The notes: generated from the sequence alone by a model not told the origin. A DNA stretch of 63,084 nt, filler included, from Phoronis australis (GCA_002633005.1; 9 parts of 9 records of this genome joined end to end with filler, not necessarily neighbours in it), one strand, 5' to 3'; positions 39,000 to 51,773 are shown, counted from the first letter of the whole stretch. Numbers and translations: made by a program.

Positions 39000-40850
39000 C
39001 ACACAGTTCCAGTGATACCAGATGAAACAAACACTGCATTGCACACTATTTTCGCAATTATATCATACGTCTTTGGCGTGTTGGCACTCCTTTGAGCTAT
39101 CACTGTAAAAGTAGACTGGCAGTGGGACGGGGTTTTTTCAGCTGCAATATGGATATCGTTGGCAACTCTCTGGAGATCGCATGGTAAAAAAATCTTGTAC
39201 GAATGCTGAGTGAAAGTAGCTGAGTGTATGCCTTTCTTTGCTTATAATCTGGTCAGAGTTTGTCTCTTAATTTTGTATTTTACTGCGGCAAATTCAGTAG
39301 GAAATCTATTGAATGCTAATGACGATTACAGGCAATAATTCTAGCCCATTGATCCTACCCCCCAATCCCTTGATATGAAGTTAATAGCACTTAATACATT
39401 ACAGAAAATCAAACCTTTTGCCGTCAAGTGACACTTGTAAGTCGACTAACACTGAGCTCTAGCTTGCACACCACTGGGAGTTTCAACAAACATTTCTACA
39501 CAACCATTTATTGCAGTTAGGTAGCGATACAGTTCTTTTACGTGAGGGGGCAAGACAACAAAAATGTGATCATGGTCAGACCACTGAATCATAAAATCAA
39601 GTTTTACAAATACGGTGTCGGTCCATTTCCAAAAATTGTCAATAAGTGTAGATGGAGCCATTCCTACTTGGTAAGCTAAATCTTCAAAGTTCGGGTCTTG
39701 ATTTAACTTCACAAGAGTGAAGAAAACTGGTCAATCGAGGGGACTATGGGAGCTGTCTGTATAGGGAGTGATTGTACAAGAGAAGTGAATACGGTGATGA
39801 ACACCTTTCACTTCAGTCCAGTGTGGAAGTGACATCATACATTATCCTTGCGAACTGCGTTGGCACTCAGCCGAGTGGACCTGGGCTGTACACGATGCAG
39901 GTCACTCTGGTGAAGGGCATTGACTCTCTCACTTCTCAGGACTACCATCTGCATATTCACTGAGGATGCAGGCAAGATGTCAGTTTCCTCCAGATTTCTC
40001 CTCAGGTTCCTTGTCAGGTTTCTGTAGTTCTAAGATTAGTGGTCTGTTGGTTTCACTTCTTCTTCACCTGGCTATTCTTTGGGTAGCTTGTTAGGTGACA
40101 ATTCTGTGAGAGCAACAGAAGCTTGTCTTTTCTCAGCATTCTCATACCTGGATACAACAAACTTCATCAAATATTGTAAAACAACAAAGGGAATATGAGA
40201 CTTTCACAAAGCAATGCTGACTGGTCACATGAAACCCTAGACTACTATTGACAATCAATTATTGCAGTTACGCAGATATACAATTCTTTAATGTGAAGGG
40301 GCAGCACAGTGAAAATATGATCATAGTCTGACCACTGAATCATAAACTCCAGTTTGACAAAGATAATGTCAATCCAGTTCCAAAAAAGACCAATAAAAGT
40401 AGATGGAGCCATTCCTTCTTGGTAGGCTAAATACTAAGTTTGGTTGTGTTTTAACTTCACAAGAGTGAAGAAAACTGGTCAATCAAGGGGATTATAGGAA
40501 CTGTCTGTATAAGGGGTGATTGTACAAGAGAAGTGAATACAATGACTAACACTTTCCAATGGAACCATTTCCTGTTCTTAAAATTAAGTTCCAATGCAAT
40601 AGTCTCAATAACATTGCGGTCGAGGAAGGACAGGAAGGAAGTAAATAAAACATACATATCTCTGTATCACCAGCATATCATTGAGTATCAGTTCCCCGAA
40701 AGATGATAGTTTGCTTGTAGACGACCAGTTCTTAGATAGCACGTACAAAGTAGCACAGTGAATGCCCAGTAGGTCATGTTTACCAGGCGAGAGGATGTGT
40801 GAGAAACTGAGAAACGTTGTTGGAACCAGTTTAGTGAGCGTCGCCATATT
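39000..40850 (-). pseudogene. Degenerate PIF/Harbinger-ISL2EU-type (HTH + DDE_Tnp_4) transposase
   Basis: VKLNQDPNFEDLAYQVGMAPST..FWKW...LTAINGCVEMFVETPSGVQARAQC*STYKCHLTAKGLIFCN...FISRGLGGR matches the IDC.EIFIE.P...YS.YK.H.T.K...GGR pattern. The HTH region is partly duplicated at about 40305-40600. Confidence 0.85.
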
Positions 40851-41330
40851 GGATTTCACAGACGGCTTTCAATGTGATGAGAAAGTTAGTTTTTAGCTTA
40901 AAATACACAGATCTAGTTATAAGATTTATTGAGTGTATTATTCACGTCTACTGTCTTAATTGATTGCCTATCTCGAGTTGAGACAGCCGTAGAAGTGGAC
41001 TTTTACAGCCAGAACAGGAACTCAACCCTTGATCATGTCAGTGGTCATGTTCCTGGTCTCATTCTCTGCACTAGCATCACTATTGGTATCACTTCTGGAA
41101 CTTTAGCTGATCTGACATTAATATCGGCTAAGTTGCATTTTGAAGTTGATGTATTTTCACTCACAACATCCGTAGTATTCGATGTAGTAATTGGGGTATT
41201 GGCAACTCCCAACTAGACCTCAAGAATGGAGAATCTTTATTTAACGTCGTTCAAAAGAAACAGGTTAACATTAGCCAATTGGTCTATTTTTACGACATTA
41301 AATTTAACCTCCGTTGATATTTCAGATTCA

Positions 41331-41430
41331 NNNNNNNNNNNNNNNNNNNNNNNNNNNNNNNNNNNNNNNNNNNNTTAATTAATTAANNNNNNNNNNNNNN
41401 NNNNNNNNNNNNNNNNNNNNNNNNNNNNNN
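41331..41430. other. Artificial contig-joining spacer
   Basis: N44-TTAATTAATTAA-N44. Confidence 0.97.
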
Positions 41431-41496
41431 CAACCTTTGAACATCCAACCTCGTCTTAATAAGGATGGGTAATTAAGACAGCCTGCAGATCCTGAC

Positions 41497-41651
41497 ATAT
41501 ATATATATGTATATGTATAATATGTATATGTATAATATGTATATGTATATGTATAATATGTATATGTATATGTATATGTATAATATGTACATGTATATGT
41601 ATATGTATAATATGTATATGTATATGTAGATGTATATGTATATATATATAT
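41497..41651. repeat. (ATGTAT)n/(TA)n microsatellite
   Basis: Visible directly in the sequence. Confidence 0.97.
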
Positions 41652-41728
41652 GGCTGTTAATGCTAAATGTTTATTAGTATGACAATAACAACAACACGAA
41701 TGTCATCAGCAGTGCTTTTAAGGTCTCA

Positions 41729-41903
41729 ATTGACCTATCACCAGGATTTTGAGTGATGGCAAACTGACCAATCAGAACGCATCATTCTTGACACACCGTC
41801 GTTTCCAAGCCGCCAATTTACCAGACAAGCAACATGTTGCCGGGTAAAACTTATTGTTTGTTTATCTACATTGCGCAAGGGGCAGAGCTTGCAATAGGTC
41901 AAT
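41729..41903. mobile_element. MITE derived from the ISL2EU-like family at 6741-8322
   Basis: attgacctat...ataggtcaat ends. The left ~125 bp resemble 6741-6870 and the right end resembles 8297-8322. Confidence 0.85.
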
Positions 41904-42119
41904 TATGAACAGGTAAAGCTGACCCAAAGAGAGGCTAATGAAGAATTAGTCCTCTTTTTATCATCTGCAGTGACTGAAAACTCAAAGTTGTTCACCCAAA
42001 TGAGGCTCAAATGAATATCTGAATGCATGTGTTTATACAGGTCAGACTATTGCCTCGCAAGCGCCACCTGTTGAATTTTAAGTACCATGGAAAACACCAT
42101 ATGGAGCTGCAATACTCAC

Positions 42120-42227
42120 CCTTTTCCAATTAGCAGTGTAATCCTGGTACTGTATAACTGTATCACCAGTCAAGCTTGAGGCAGAGTCATAGCCATTCTG
42201 TGACCTTTCTTCAGCCATTAAAAATTT
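42120..42227 (-). CDS. Orphan exon, probably a first coding exon (ATG at 42218)
   Basis: Strong acceptor ttttcattgcag| and donor AGG|gtgagt. Reads MAEERSQNGYDSASSLTGDTVIQYQDYTANWKR; product not recognised. Confidence 0.5.
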
Positions 42228-42335
42228 CTGCAATGAAAACTGAATTTAGATCGAGACATTGTTTCACTTGAAATAGTACCTGCCCTTGCATCAGAGAGCC
42301 ACAAGCTGTGTTCAGCTAGCATAAAGACATATTCC

Positions 42336-43870
42336 ATAGACTCTATTCACGCGGCGGACATTAAAATCCAAAGCGAGGCTCACTGCGATAAACAAAGCGA
42401 AAGCAGACATTGCGTGAGTTAAATAGCCGGTCTTTCGAGTCCAACCCGGATATTGAATTTTAATAACGTGTCAACAATTAAACCACATAGACATAGAAAA
42501 TTACATTAGAGAACAAGTTAAGGCGTCAAAGAGTTGTCTGACGAAAGGGTTTAATTTTTTTCGGAAAACTAGGTTCGAAACATGAAAAGTAAATATGACC
42601 AAATTGCGGCGATCGTAGTATTACGTATTAGGTATTATGCTGAATGCAGGGTTACTTTTTTTCTTGTAAATTGTTGATCAAAATACTTTCTATGCGGACC
42701 AGGTCATCTGCTCGTATTGTTGACGAGTTGAAGACATATTCGACAGTGGTGGCTGTCATGCGCAATTAGTCACATTTGGTTTAATTTGTTGATCAATAAT
42801 ATTAAAATCAAGCATAGCCTGATCCTATGCACTCCCTGGGACTAATAGATGATTTGTCATTGATCTGAAAGAATAATTGATGTTATTAAATATATTTTTT
42901 ATTAAAATAATAAACCAGACTCGTAATTGAAAATAAAAATTATTTGATCATCAATTCTGCTTTCTTGGTTGTAATAATTCTTATGTCTATTTCATGTGTT
43001 AGATTTCAAGTATCAATTTGGACCAAGTTGAATTTTAAAATTAAAACACCTAATTCGTTCGTCCAAAACGTAACCTCGTTTTAGAACTCAATTTCAGTTA
43101 ACTGGACAATGAAATCATAGTTATCATGTTTCTACAGGAACCTCGTTCATCCGAGGGGAAAGGTGCCAGTGCTTACTGAGAGGCGTTTTTTTCGGCGAGT
43201 GAGGGTGGGAACAGTCTACCTCCCGATCACCATCAATAGCACCCCTGCCCTGTTGCAAGCTCTCATAGGCTGTCTCATTTTAAAGTAGCCTTTTGTGCTC
43301 TTAAAAATTGTCACCTGTGTGATTACAGGTTATGTGAACTCAAGAGAGATTTTTCACTAGGGGAATTTTTAGGCCTCGTGGGGGGAATTTTGCGTGATAT
43401 TTCAATATTTTTGTGAGGGGAATAGGGCCGATATTGGGCCCTAAATTTGAGGGATTGAGGGCTCTGTCCTTTTTGCAAAGAAAAATTATAATGTTTCAAC
43501 CCGTAGTAGGGGCGGATCCAGGATTTTGAATTAGGAGGGGGGGGCACAGGAATAAGCAGCATTTCGGCAGATGCGCGCGCCCAGCCTAAAATCTGGGGAT
43601 GCAGGGGTCTTGAATTCTTGGGTTTGCGGACCTGTTGACTAAAAAAAAAACGGTAAACGGGGTTCATTCAGCGCCTATGCGTTGTTTATTCACCCCCAAG
43701 ACCCCCTGGTTGCGCACGTGTGCTAGTCAGCAATTCGCACCCGAACTCAAAAATGGGATCTGATACAATTTTAGCCACCCCCCCCTAAATCCGTAGTCAT
43801 GAAAATNACAGAGCTATCATAGCGAGCCTCGTTTTGGAACGCGCCTCCTGTCGGCGTGAATAGGGTCTAT
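42336..43870. mobile_element. Non-autonomous TIR element with AT|AGAC termini (ISL2EU-like)
   Basis: atagactctattcacgc / gcgtgaatagggtctat ends and a subterminal inverted cgaggctc/gagcctcg. A nested GGCGGATCC-type MITE lies near 43508-43793. Confidence 0.7.
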
Positions 43871-44847
43871 TGCAAGCTAAGTTTGTACAGCGCTCGACGC
43901 TTAGATAAATACCAACATTTGGCAATCTGGCAAAAATTCCAGGTTGCCAAACAAAATCTGAGATTTGCTAAAACTAGAGGCGCCTAAATCAATTCCCAGG
44001 TTTCTTATGCGGGTGCATTAACGAAAAAAAATCGGACGGCCTTAGTGCCACCCAATTTCCTCGTGAATGCCTAAATGTAGGCGTACCTTCATTCTCTAAC
44101 TCAATTCCTCCAGCTGGCGAACAAACATAGAATGCAAACGACCTCATGGGCTAGTGGCACAAATTTCGCTAACTTGCCTGATTTTTGCCGAACAATTCCA
44201 ACTTCTGTCTGTTTACTTCCTCTTGTAATTTAAATGTTGCAGAAAATGTGCAGATTTCACGGAATAAACAATTGCGAATCAAAAGTAAAAAAATCTTGAA
44301 AAAAGTTATTTAATTTTGAGTTTGAAAGCCAATATGAACTTAAAAGCGAATTGAGAGGGAATTATTTCTGATTTAGATACTCGCAATGGCAACTTGGAAT
44401 CTGAGCATTGATGTATATTTAAAAAGATAGGGTTGTAATAGGATACTTACTACCTAAACAACACAGCTATTACTCCTTAAAAAAACAAGTTGAAGAAATC
44501 TTTTCATGTAAAAAGTGGCAAAATGTTTGGCTAATTATCAGAAGTTTCAGTGTTATTTTTTATATATTTACTTCCGGATTTTGCCATAAGTACAACGAAT
44601 CTGAACAAGCTTTGAGAAAAGTTTTTGAAAATATCCACATACAGTGTTACCATGTAGATAGTTTGTTTTTCTCTAATAAAGCTCTTAATTATAATTATAA
44701 TTGTTACAAAGTACAGTCTAAAAAACCAATAAAGTATGCAATATTTTCAACTTCAGGCTATCATTGTGGTGCCAACCTGTATTTTGTCTATTGCCTCCAT
44801 TGCCTCTGAGCCATACTGTATTCCCAGTGGGACCATCATTCCAATAC

Positions 44848-44947
44848 NNNNNNNNNNNNNNNNNNNNNNNNNNNNNNNNNNNNNNNNNNNNTTAATTAAT
44901 TAANNNNNNNNNNNNNNNNNNNNNNNNNNNNNNNNNNNNNNNNNNNN
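44848..44947. other. Artificial contig-joining spacer
   Basis: N44-TTAATTAATTAA-N44. Confidence 0.97.
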
Positions 44948-47298
44948 TTAAACACATTTTCCATGGGCTTTGCAATAATTCTCCTAAAGATGCTTAAAAT
45001 GCACCGGATAAGGTCAATTAGTGCAAAGGTCATGTAATGTTCAAAATGTTATATCTCTTACGTTTTTCAAGGAATTCTTTTCAATTTCAGCACACCGGTA
45101 TAAGTCAACATGACAATTTAAAAAATTACTTTTCTTAGCAATTGGGTCATCCAATCAGGTTAAACAGGTCAAAGGTCATTAGGTGCAAACTAAAATTTTG
45201 AGCTAGACACTTCAAATTCACAGTTCTGATTGGCACAGACAATTCAATTTGGAATCCAAAGTTTCAGGTCCTTTAGTGCAAACATGGGGTCATTAGGTGC
45301 ATTTTTCTTCTGAAAATTTGACCTTTTCAATCAGCAAGTATTCTGATGTGTCAACCGTTAGACAACTGTGATTCTCAGCATTAAACACATTTTTGATGGG
45401 CTTTTCAATAATTCTCCTCAAGACGCTTATAATGCACCGGATAGGGTCAATTAGTGCAAAGGTCATCTAACGTTCAAAATGTTATATCTCTTACGTTTTT
45501 CAAGGAATTCTTTTCAATTTCAGCACACTGGTGTAAGTCAACATGCCAATTGAATACCCCTACTTTACTTCGCAATAAGCCCAACCAATCAGAAAAAATA
45601 GGTCAAAGGTCATTGAGTGCAAATTAAAATTTTGAGCTAGAGACTTCAGAATTACGTATCTGTTTAGTAAGTGCGATTGAGTTTCAATTCTAAATTTTCA
45701 GGTCATTTGGTGCACCCATGGGGTCATTAGGTGCATTTTTCGTCTAAAAGTTTGACCAATTTATTCATCTTGTATTCTGAAGTGCTTAAAGTAAAACATT
45801 TGTGATTTTTATCATTAACCACACTTTTAATCGAGTTTACAATTATTCTCTCATCGGGGCTCATAATGCACCGGAAGAGGTCAATTAGTGAAAAGGTCAT
45901 CAAAATATTAAAATGTAGTTTCTCCTACAATTTTAAAGAATTAATTTTCATATTGGTAAACGGGTCGCTGTCAGTAACTTCCCATAACAATTCCTTTAAT
46001 ACGCACGCGCAGAGTCCATTATTGTCACGCCGTGACAATAATCTTTCTAGTTCTTCTTCTTATTCTTCTTCCGACCAACTTTGAGGCTTAATAACTCCAA
46101 ATTGGGTGCAGGTACGGTCTTTAAATTCAGCATATGACTTTTGACAGTATATAAATTTTGATTGGTTATATAATCATATTCCATACTGCACCGAAAGAGG
46201 TCGTTTGGTGCAAAGGTCATATAATTTTCAAAATGCTACTCCTCCTTCAGTTTCAAAGCTATCTTTTTCAAATTCGGTGCACAGGTATAAGTCAACATGA
46301 CAATTTAAAAAATTACTTTTCTAAGTAATCGGGTCATCCAATCAGGTAAATAGGTCAAAGGTCATTAGGTACAAACTAAAATTTTGAGCTAGACACTCCA
46401 AATTGACAGGTCTGATTGCCACAGGTAAATCAAATCGGAATCCGAAGTTTCAGGTCAATTAGTGCAAACATGGGGTCATTAGGTGCATTTTTCTTCTGAA
46501 AATTTGACCTTTTCAATCAGCAAGTTTTCTGATGTGTCAACCGTTGGACAACTGTGATTCTCAGCGTTAAACACATTTTCCATGGGCTTTGCAATAATTC
46601 TCCTAAAGAGGCTTAAAATGCACCGGATAAGGTCAATTAGTGCAAAGGTCATGTAATGTTCAAAATGTTATATCTCTTACGTTTTTCAAGGAATTCTTTT
46701 CAATTTCAGCACACAGGAATAAGTCAACATGACAATGTAAAAAGTTACTTTTTTTAGCAATTGGGTCATCCAATCAGGTTAAACAGGTCAAAAGTCATTA
46801 GGTGCAAACTAAAATTTTGAGCTAGACACTTTAAATTCACAGTTCTGATTGGCACAGATAATTCAATTTGGAATCCAAAGTTTCAGGTCATTTAGTGCAA
46901 ACGTGGGGTCAATAGGTGCATTTTTCTTCTGAAAATATGACCTTTTCATTCTCCAAGTACACTGATGTGTCAACCGTTAGACAACTGTGATTCTCAGCAT
47001 TAAACACATTTTTCATGGGCGTTGTAATAATTCTCCTAAAGACGCTGATAATGCACCGGATAATGCCAATTAGTGCAAAGGTCAGTTAACGTTCAAAATG
47101 TTATATCTCTTACGTTTTTCAAGGAATTCTTTTCAATTTCAGCACACTAGTGTAAGTCAACATGCCAATTGAACAACCTACTTAACTACGCAATAGGCCT
47201 AACCAATCAGAAAAAATAGGTCAAAGGTCATTGAGTGCAAAATAAAAATTTTGAGCTAGAGACTTCAAAATTACATATCTGTTTACTAAACGCGATTG
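44948..47298. repeat. Complex tandem array (~433-bp units, ~1.62-kb higher order), Helentron/HINE-like
   Basis: ttaa(a/c)cac unit starts at about 44948, 45381, 45815, 46567 and 47000. A palindrome at 46018-46042 is followed by a (TTC)n tract. Confidence 0.85.
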
Positions 47299-47460
47299 TC
47301 AGAATATAGTCTGACATTATTATTAGTTGTATTGTTTTGTTATTCAGTTTGATTTGCATGACCCCTGAGTTAAGTACAATGATTATGTAATTTGTTTACT
47401 ACAGAATAGTATGGAACTTTCTAGAAGACTGAGGTCAGAACAGTGATGATGTAATTTGTT

Positions 47461-47560
47461 NNNNNNNNNNNNNNNNNNNNNNNNNNNNNNNNNNNNNNNN
47501 NNNNTTAATTAATTAANNNNNNNNNNNNNNNNNNNNNNNNNNNNNNNNNNNNNNNNNNNN
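47461..47560. other. Artificial contig-joining spacer
   Basis: N44-TTAATTAATTAA-N44. Confidence 0.97.
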
Positions 47561-47836
47561 CACAAGGTCGGTCACAGGGTGGTGAGACCTCCTTTTTCAG
47601 GAGTCGGCTCACACAGAACTAACAAACAACATCACACAGAAATCAACATTTTGTGAATCCACTAAAAAAATTTGGAATAGACAATTATTGAGAAAGAGAA
47701 TATGAAGAAGTTGTTATCAAAAGCAGAAATGGTCGCGTGGCATCGTCACTTCATGCCAGTTATACAGTAGAGAAAACTGGTTCTCAAAATGTGGGCACAT
47801 TATATCAGACTATTAAGAATTTTCTTAAATACTTAC

Positions 47837-48091
47837 CCTCGTGAATAGTAGTCAGCTGGTGGTCTGGAGTATGGTGACCGGTCTCTGTATGAGTAGTAGT
47901 CACTGGCATATGGTCGCCGCCTGTAGTAGTCGTCATAGCGATCGTCATAACGATCCTCAAAGCTTGGTCGCCGGTAGTAACCTTCATATTCTTCATAGTA
48001 CATATCTCGCCCGTAGCCACGACGCATGGGGCCGCCACCACCACCACCACCACCTCCACGACCACGCATGCCCCCTCGACCACCTCGACGC
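47837..48091 (-). CDS. RBM4: lark/RBM4 exon encoding RGG and R/D/Y-rich low-complexity region
   Basis: Acceptor tttcttgtag| and donor GG|gtaagt; 255 nt, phase 2-2. Reads RRGGRGGMRGRGGG...DRYDDYYRRRPY...RDRSPYSRPP and is in frame with the knuckle exon. Confidence 0.85.
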
Positions 48092-48273
48092 CTACAAGAA
48101 ACATGACACTTAAATGACTGGATGACACTTTGTAGTGGAACTATTCAGCACATGGCGAATAAGTTTTGGATGCACAAGATAATGATAATGAACATTATGA
48201 GATCCTCAGAAGAGTTCCTTCCTAAACTTTGAGCCCATGGCTAGTTCTCTAGTAGTGTATCGAGGTTGGGAAA

Positions 48274-48386
48274 ATGGTAACGGTCTGATATAACATGCCC
48301 GAATCTTGAGAACCAGTTTTCTCCACTGAATAACGGGCATCAAACTGGTTCTCAAAACACCGGCACGTTATATCAGACTATTGCCA
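48274..48386. mobile_element. Small palindromic MITE
   Basis: ggtctgatataacatgcc...tgagaaccagttt / aaactggttctca...ggcacgttatatcagact arms. A half copy lies at 47765-47813. Confidence 0.7.
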
Positions 48387-49282
48387 GGAAAACTTTACCT
48401 CCACTTCAATGCTAAGTCTGCTGTCACAGAGAAATAGAGATCATTTTTTCTTCCAATTGAACTATAATACAAAATGTTGGAATAACGACTAGTTACCGTT
48501 GTACACTACACCCATCCATCCCTTCATGCTACAGCAATACTTCAGCTACATAACGCAACAGTGATGAATAAATGGTAATCTATATCATCTTACTTCTCAT
48601 CAACATTAGACTCAGAAAATTTCAGCTAATTGTTAGCTTGGTTTGCAATATACTGACCTATAAAACGTTTGGGGTAAGTTTCCCTTATTCGTAGCAAGAA
48701 AGTCAACCATTCAAAAACAGAGAAATGATATTTTTCAAAATTATGTTTGAAACTGAAATAAGAGAATTACCATAAGACATCGAAGAGTGAGACACAGTAA
48801 CGAAACATGCTAGCTATGGGGAAAATTTTCCAGATTGGGACAGTGAAAAATTAATTATTTTGCTCAAGGTCAGACTTTGTCCCATACTCTAGAAATAGAC
48901 AATACTGGCCGTCTAAAATTCAAGAATCACCAGAGACGCCAACATTACTCTGTAGACTGAAAAACTTGAGAAATATGGTGAACGCCAAAATCACCCTTCT
49001 CCCAATTTTCAGAATCACGAAAATTTAATTTTTGTGGGTGTTTCCGTGTACCAAATTCTAGAGACATACCCAAATTGGAGAATTTTTACAGTACAAGCAT
49101 TAAGGTTTGACCGAAAATGGGCATATAGAAGGATTTCTACAAGAAACTTTTCGGGAAATACTGACAGTTTTACAAAAATATGCAGTCATCATCGTTCAAA
49201 GCAAACTGTGCGAATAGAATTCCTCGCCATTACTTGTAACACTACCAAGACCTAGCTTTCCAATATGCAATGATGCACTGAC

Positions 49283-49383
49283 CCTGAAGGGCAGTCTTTT
49301 GACCAATGTCCACGTCCACCACACTTGAAGCATTCATCTTTACTTCCCATGCCTGGCTTTTGTCTAACGGAGCTCTTGGACAA
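49283..49383 (-). CDS. RBM4: lark/RBM4 exon encoding the CCHC zinc knuckle
   Basis: Acceptor tttcctttacag| and donor GG|gtcagt. LSKSSVRQKPGMGSKDECFKCGGRGHWSKDCPS matches the lark/RBM4 signature S.SRVR.KPGMG....C..CG..GHWSK.CP. Confidence 0.92.
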
Positions 49384-51023
49384 CTGTAAAGGAAAACATA
49401 AAATACTCCAGGAATAAGCAAAAATNTAAGGGTTAAAAGAAAGGTGACAGTGAGTGCAAGACGTGTTTGCAAAAACAATACGGAGGGCTTACTGGTGAAC
49501 GGAGTTGGAACCTAAATATCAGCGATGCTTTTATTTTGTGCAGAATTTGAATGGGCATCCGATTTCGAAACTTCGCAGGCCATCTTAAAGCGAGCGATTT
49601 AGTTCCCGACACGAAAATTGAATCGGTGCTCTCTAACTGACATGTGTATTCGAGTAGCTAAGTGTGGAACTTGAAATGGGAGAAAATACACGTTGGAAAA
49701 ATACCTGCGACTTTCCTAGGACTGAACTGTCATGTGATTATCAGTGAAGTCGTCAAAGATAGACAACTCTTAAATGTAACAAGCTTCCCCCTATTGTTTG
49801 CAGTCCAAATTTTGGAACTCCGGCGATTGAAAAAGACCGTTGAAAAAAAATTCGCGACACGTTGCCCTAGCCAAATGACATACTGAGGTGCGGGAACAAT
49901 TCAGTGTAAATTTCACAACAAAAAATCCTGTAATTTGTTGTTCACGGATTCAGTGATTAGTTTTGCATTAGCTAGATAAAGATCATCAAGCTGGAGAAAC
50001 ATCAAAACAGGAGAATATCGGGTCAGGAGAAAATCGGGCCCGGAGAAAATCGGGCCCAGGGAACATTGTAAAGCACCGGGGATCAAAGTTCCCCATCAAA
50101 ATCCCGGCGTTTCAGAGCCAAGCCGGTACCCTTTTATTTAGAACTGTCCCCATTCTCTTTTGATATGCGGCTTTGGAGTGAGTGCATGCGTAAGTTCTCA
50201 TATTTCAATCCCTGGAGTACACATTACATTGCCAGCAACATGTGAATGACATATCACTCATAAATTTGCACATGGTCATCCCCAGAAACAAGGGCTCGAC
50301 AATTTCTTCACGACTCTAAAACATCCCACAGAAAGACAAGTCATAGCCATCGTTTGGTATTGGTAAGGTCGTCATTTTCATGTTTGTTGTCTTTTTCAAT
50401 AAAAAAATTAGACGCTCGTTGAAATGGGCAGTATCTTGACGGCATTTCCAAGTCACGACCGTCTGCCGAACAACAGTCCCGCAGTGCAATACTGTCAGGG
50501 ATACCATACATGAAAAATGAATACGTTTTTCCACTACAAAGTTTGGTAAGGTGATCATTTAAGAATTAGTAGAAACATCGCTGTTTTGTAACATTTTATC
50601 ACAGGTTTAATACTTAGTTCACCGCGAGTGCAACAATCATACGCCGGCGATCACAGATCTACGCAGCTGTTAAATTTGTTGCATTCCTCCAAGGGTGTTT
50701 TACTTCAACTTGTTAACACAAATGTTTTTATCGTGGTACCAAATTTGGTGATGTTTTCCACTGGTGACGTGTCAAGAGTATAAAAGGCACACTGAAACAT
50801 ATGCAGCTTGTATTGTACCATATTAAATCCAGAATTTTGGACATGGTTGTTTTTGTCGTCTTTCTGGAGGTTCTTGAATTTGGGATGGCCAGTTTGTCCG
50901 TTGTGACGGACGCAAAACAGGCTCCGCTGCCAAGCTGGGTTTTGAGGCCTAGGTATATCCCTGCAGTCTGTATTTTTCAAAAGTATACTTTCTCCCATAA
51001 AACAAACAATAAACATGACTTAC

Positions 51024-51107
51024 CTCTGCCCTTAATGTACGGTCACCAACTGACATACCCTGCAGACCAGCCAGAGCACCCCTAGCATCATCTTCTTTTG
51101 CAAAATG
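51024..51107 (-). CDS. RBM4: lark/RBM4 exon encoding the C-terminal half of RRM2
   Basis: Acceptor tatttcag| and donor GAG|gtaagt; phase 0-0. Reads HFAKEDDARGALAGLQGMSVGDRTLRAE. Confidence 0.85.
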
Positions 51108-51590
51108 CTGAAATACCAACAAGACACTAAAACTTCTAGCTATACATCATACAGCACAGTATTATGCATACTTGTATAAGCAGCAACTGACAACTAACTA
51201 GTAGAGGAATAGAAAATTAGAAATTGATGACAGGGTTTAGAATGTGAAATCAAGCACAGCAGGCCATCATCCAGCGAGCGGGCGACCACTGTATCCAATT
51301 GGACACACTGGCTGAAACTTAGACACTTTATTTAAAGTGTACACAACATGACTCTAGTACCTCAAAATTAATTTTATTATTATATCTTACTTGATTTCAG
51401 TGCCTTTAGTGCACAGCTCATAAAGAAACACGCAAAAATTGAAAAAAATAATAGTTATGTACAACGTCATGAGTTGAACCCAAGTCGTTCGCCATACTGT
51501 TCGGATCAGAGACAAAGTGTATAGAGTGAAGAGAAAGCAAAGTATATTNNNNNNNNNNNNNNNNNNNNNNNNNNNNNNNGAGAACGTCTC

Positions 51591-51773
51591 GGTGTTCCGA
51601 AGGACACCAAAGTTGCGCAGAAGTGGCATCGCTTCGTGCGCCGAACGAGAGTGTGTGACCTCTTCGTGGACCAAGCGATTCGGTCCGGGGCCACTCTGTG
51701 TTTTGCCCACTTTGAGGACTCGTGTTTCGACTCCAGTCACAGGAGATGTTACGATGAAGGCCTGGTTCAATAA
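51591..51773 (+). pseudogene. THAP domain remnant
   Basis: GVPKDTKVAQKWHRFVRRTR...TLCFAHFEDSCFD shows the THAP P-x-D/W/C..HF motifs. The start is lost in the N gap. Confidence 0.75.

Noticed and set aside
755-51107. Cluster of RNA-binding protein genes (A1CF-like plus lark)
   Set aside because: The exons lie on different contigs joined artificially.
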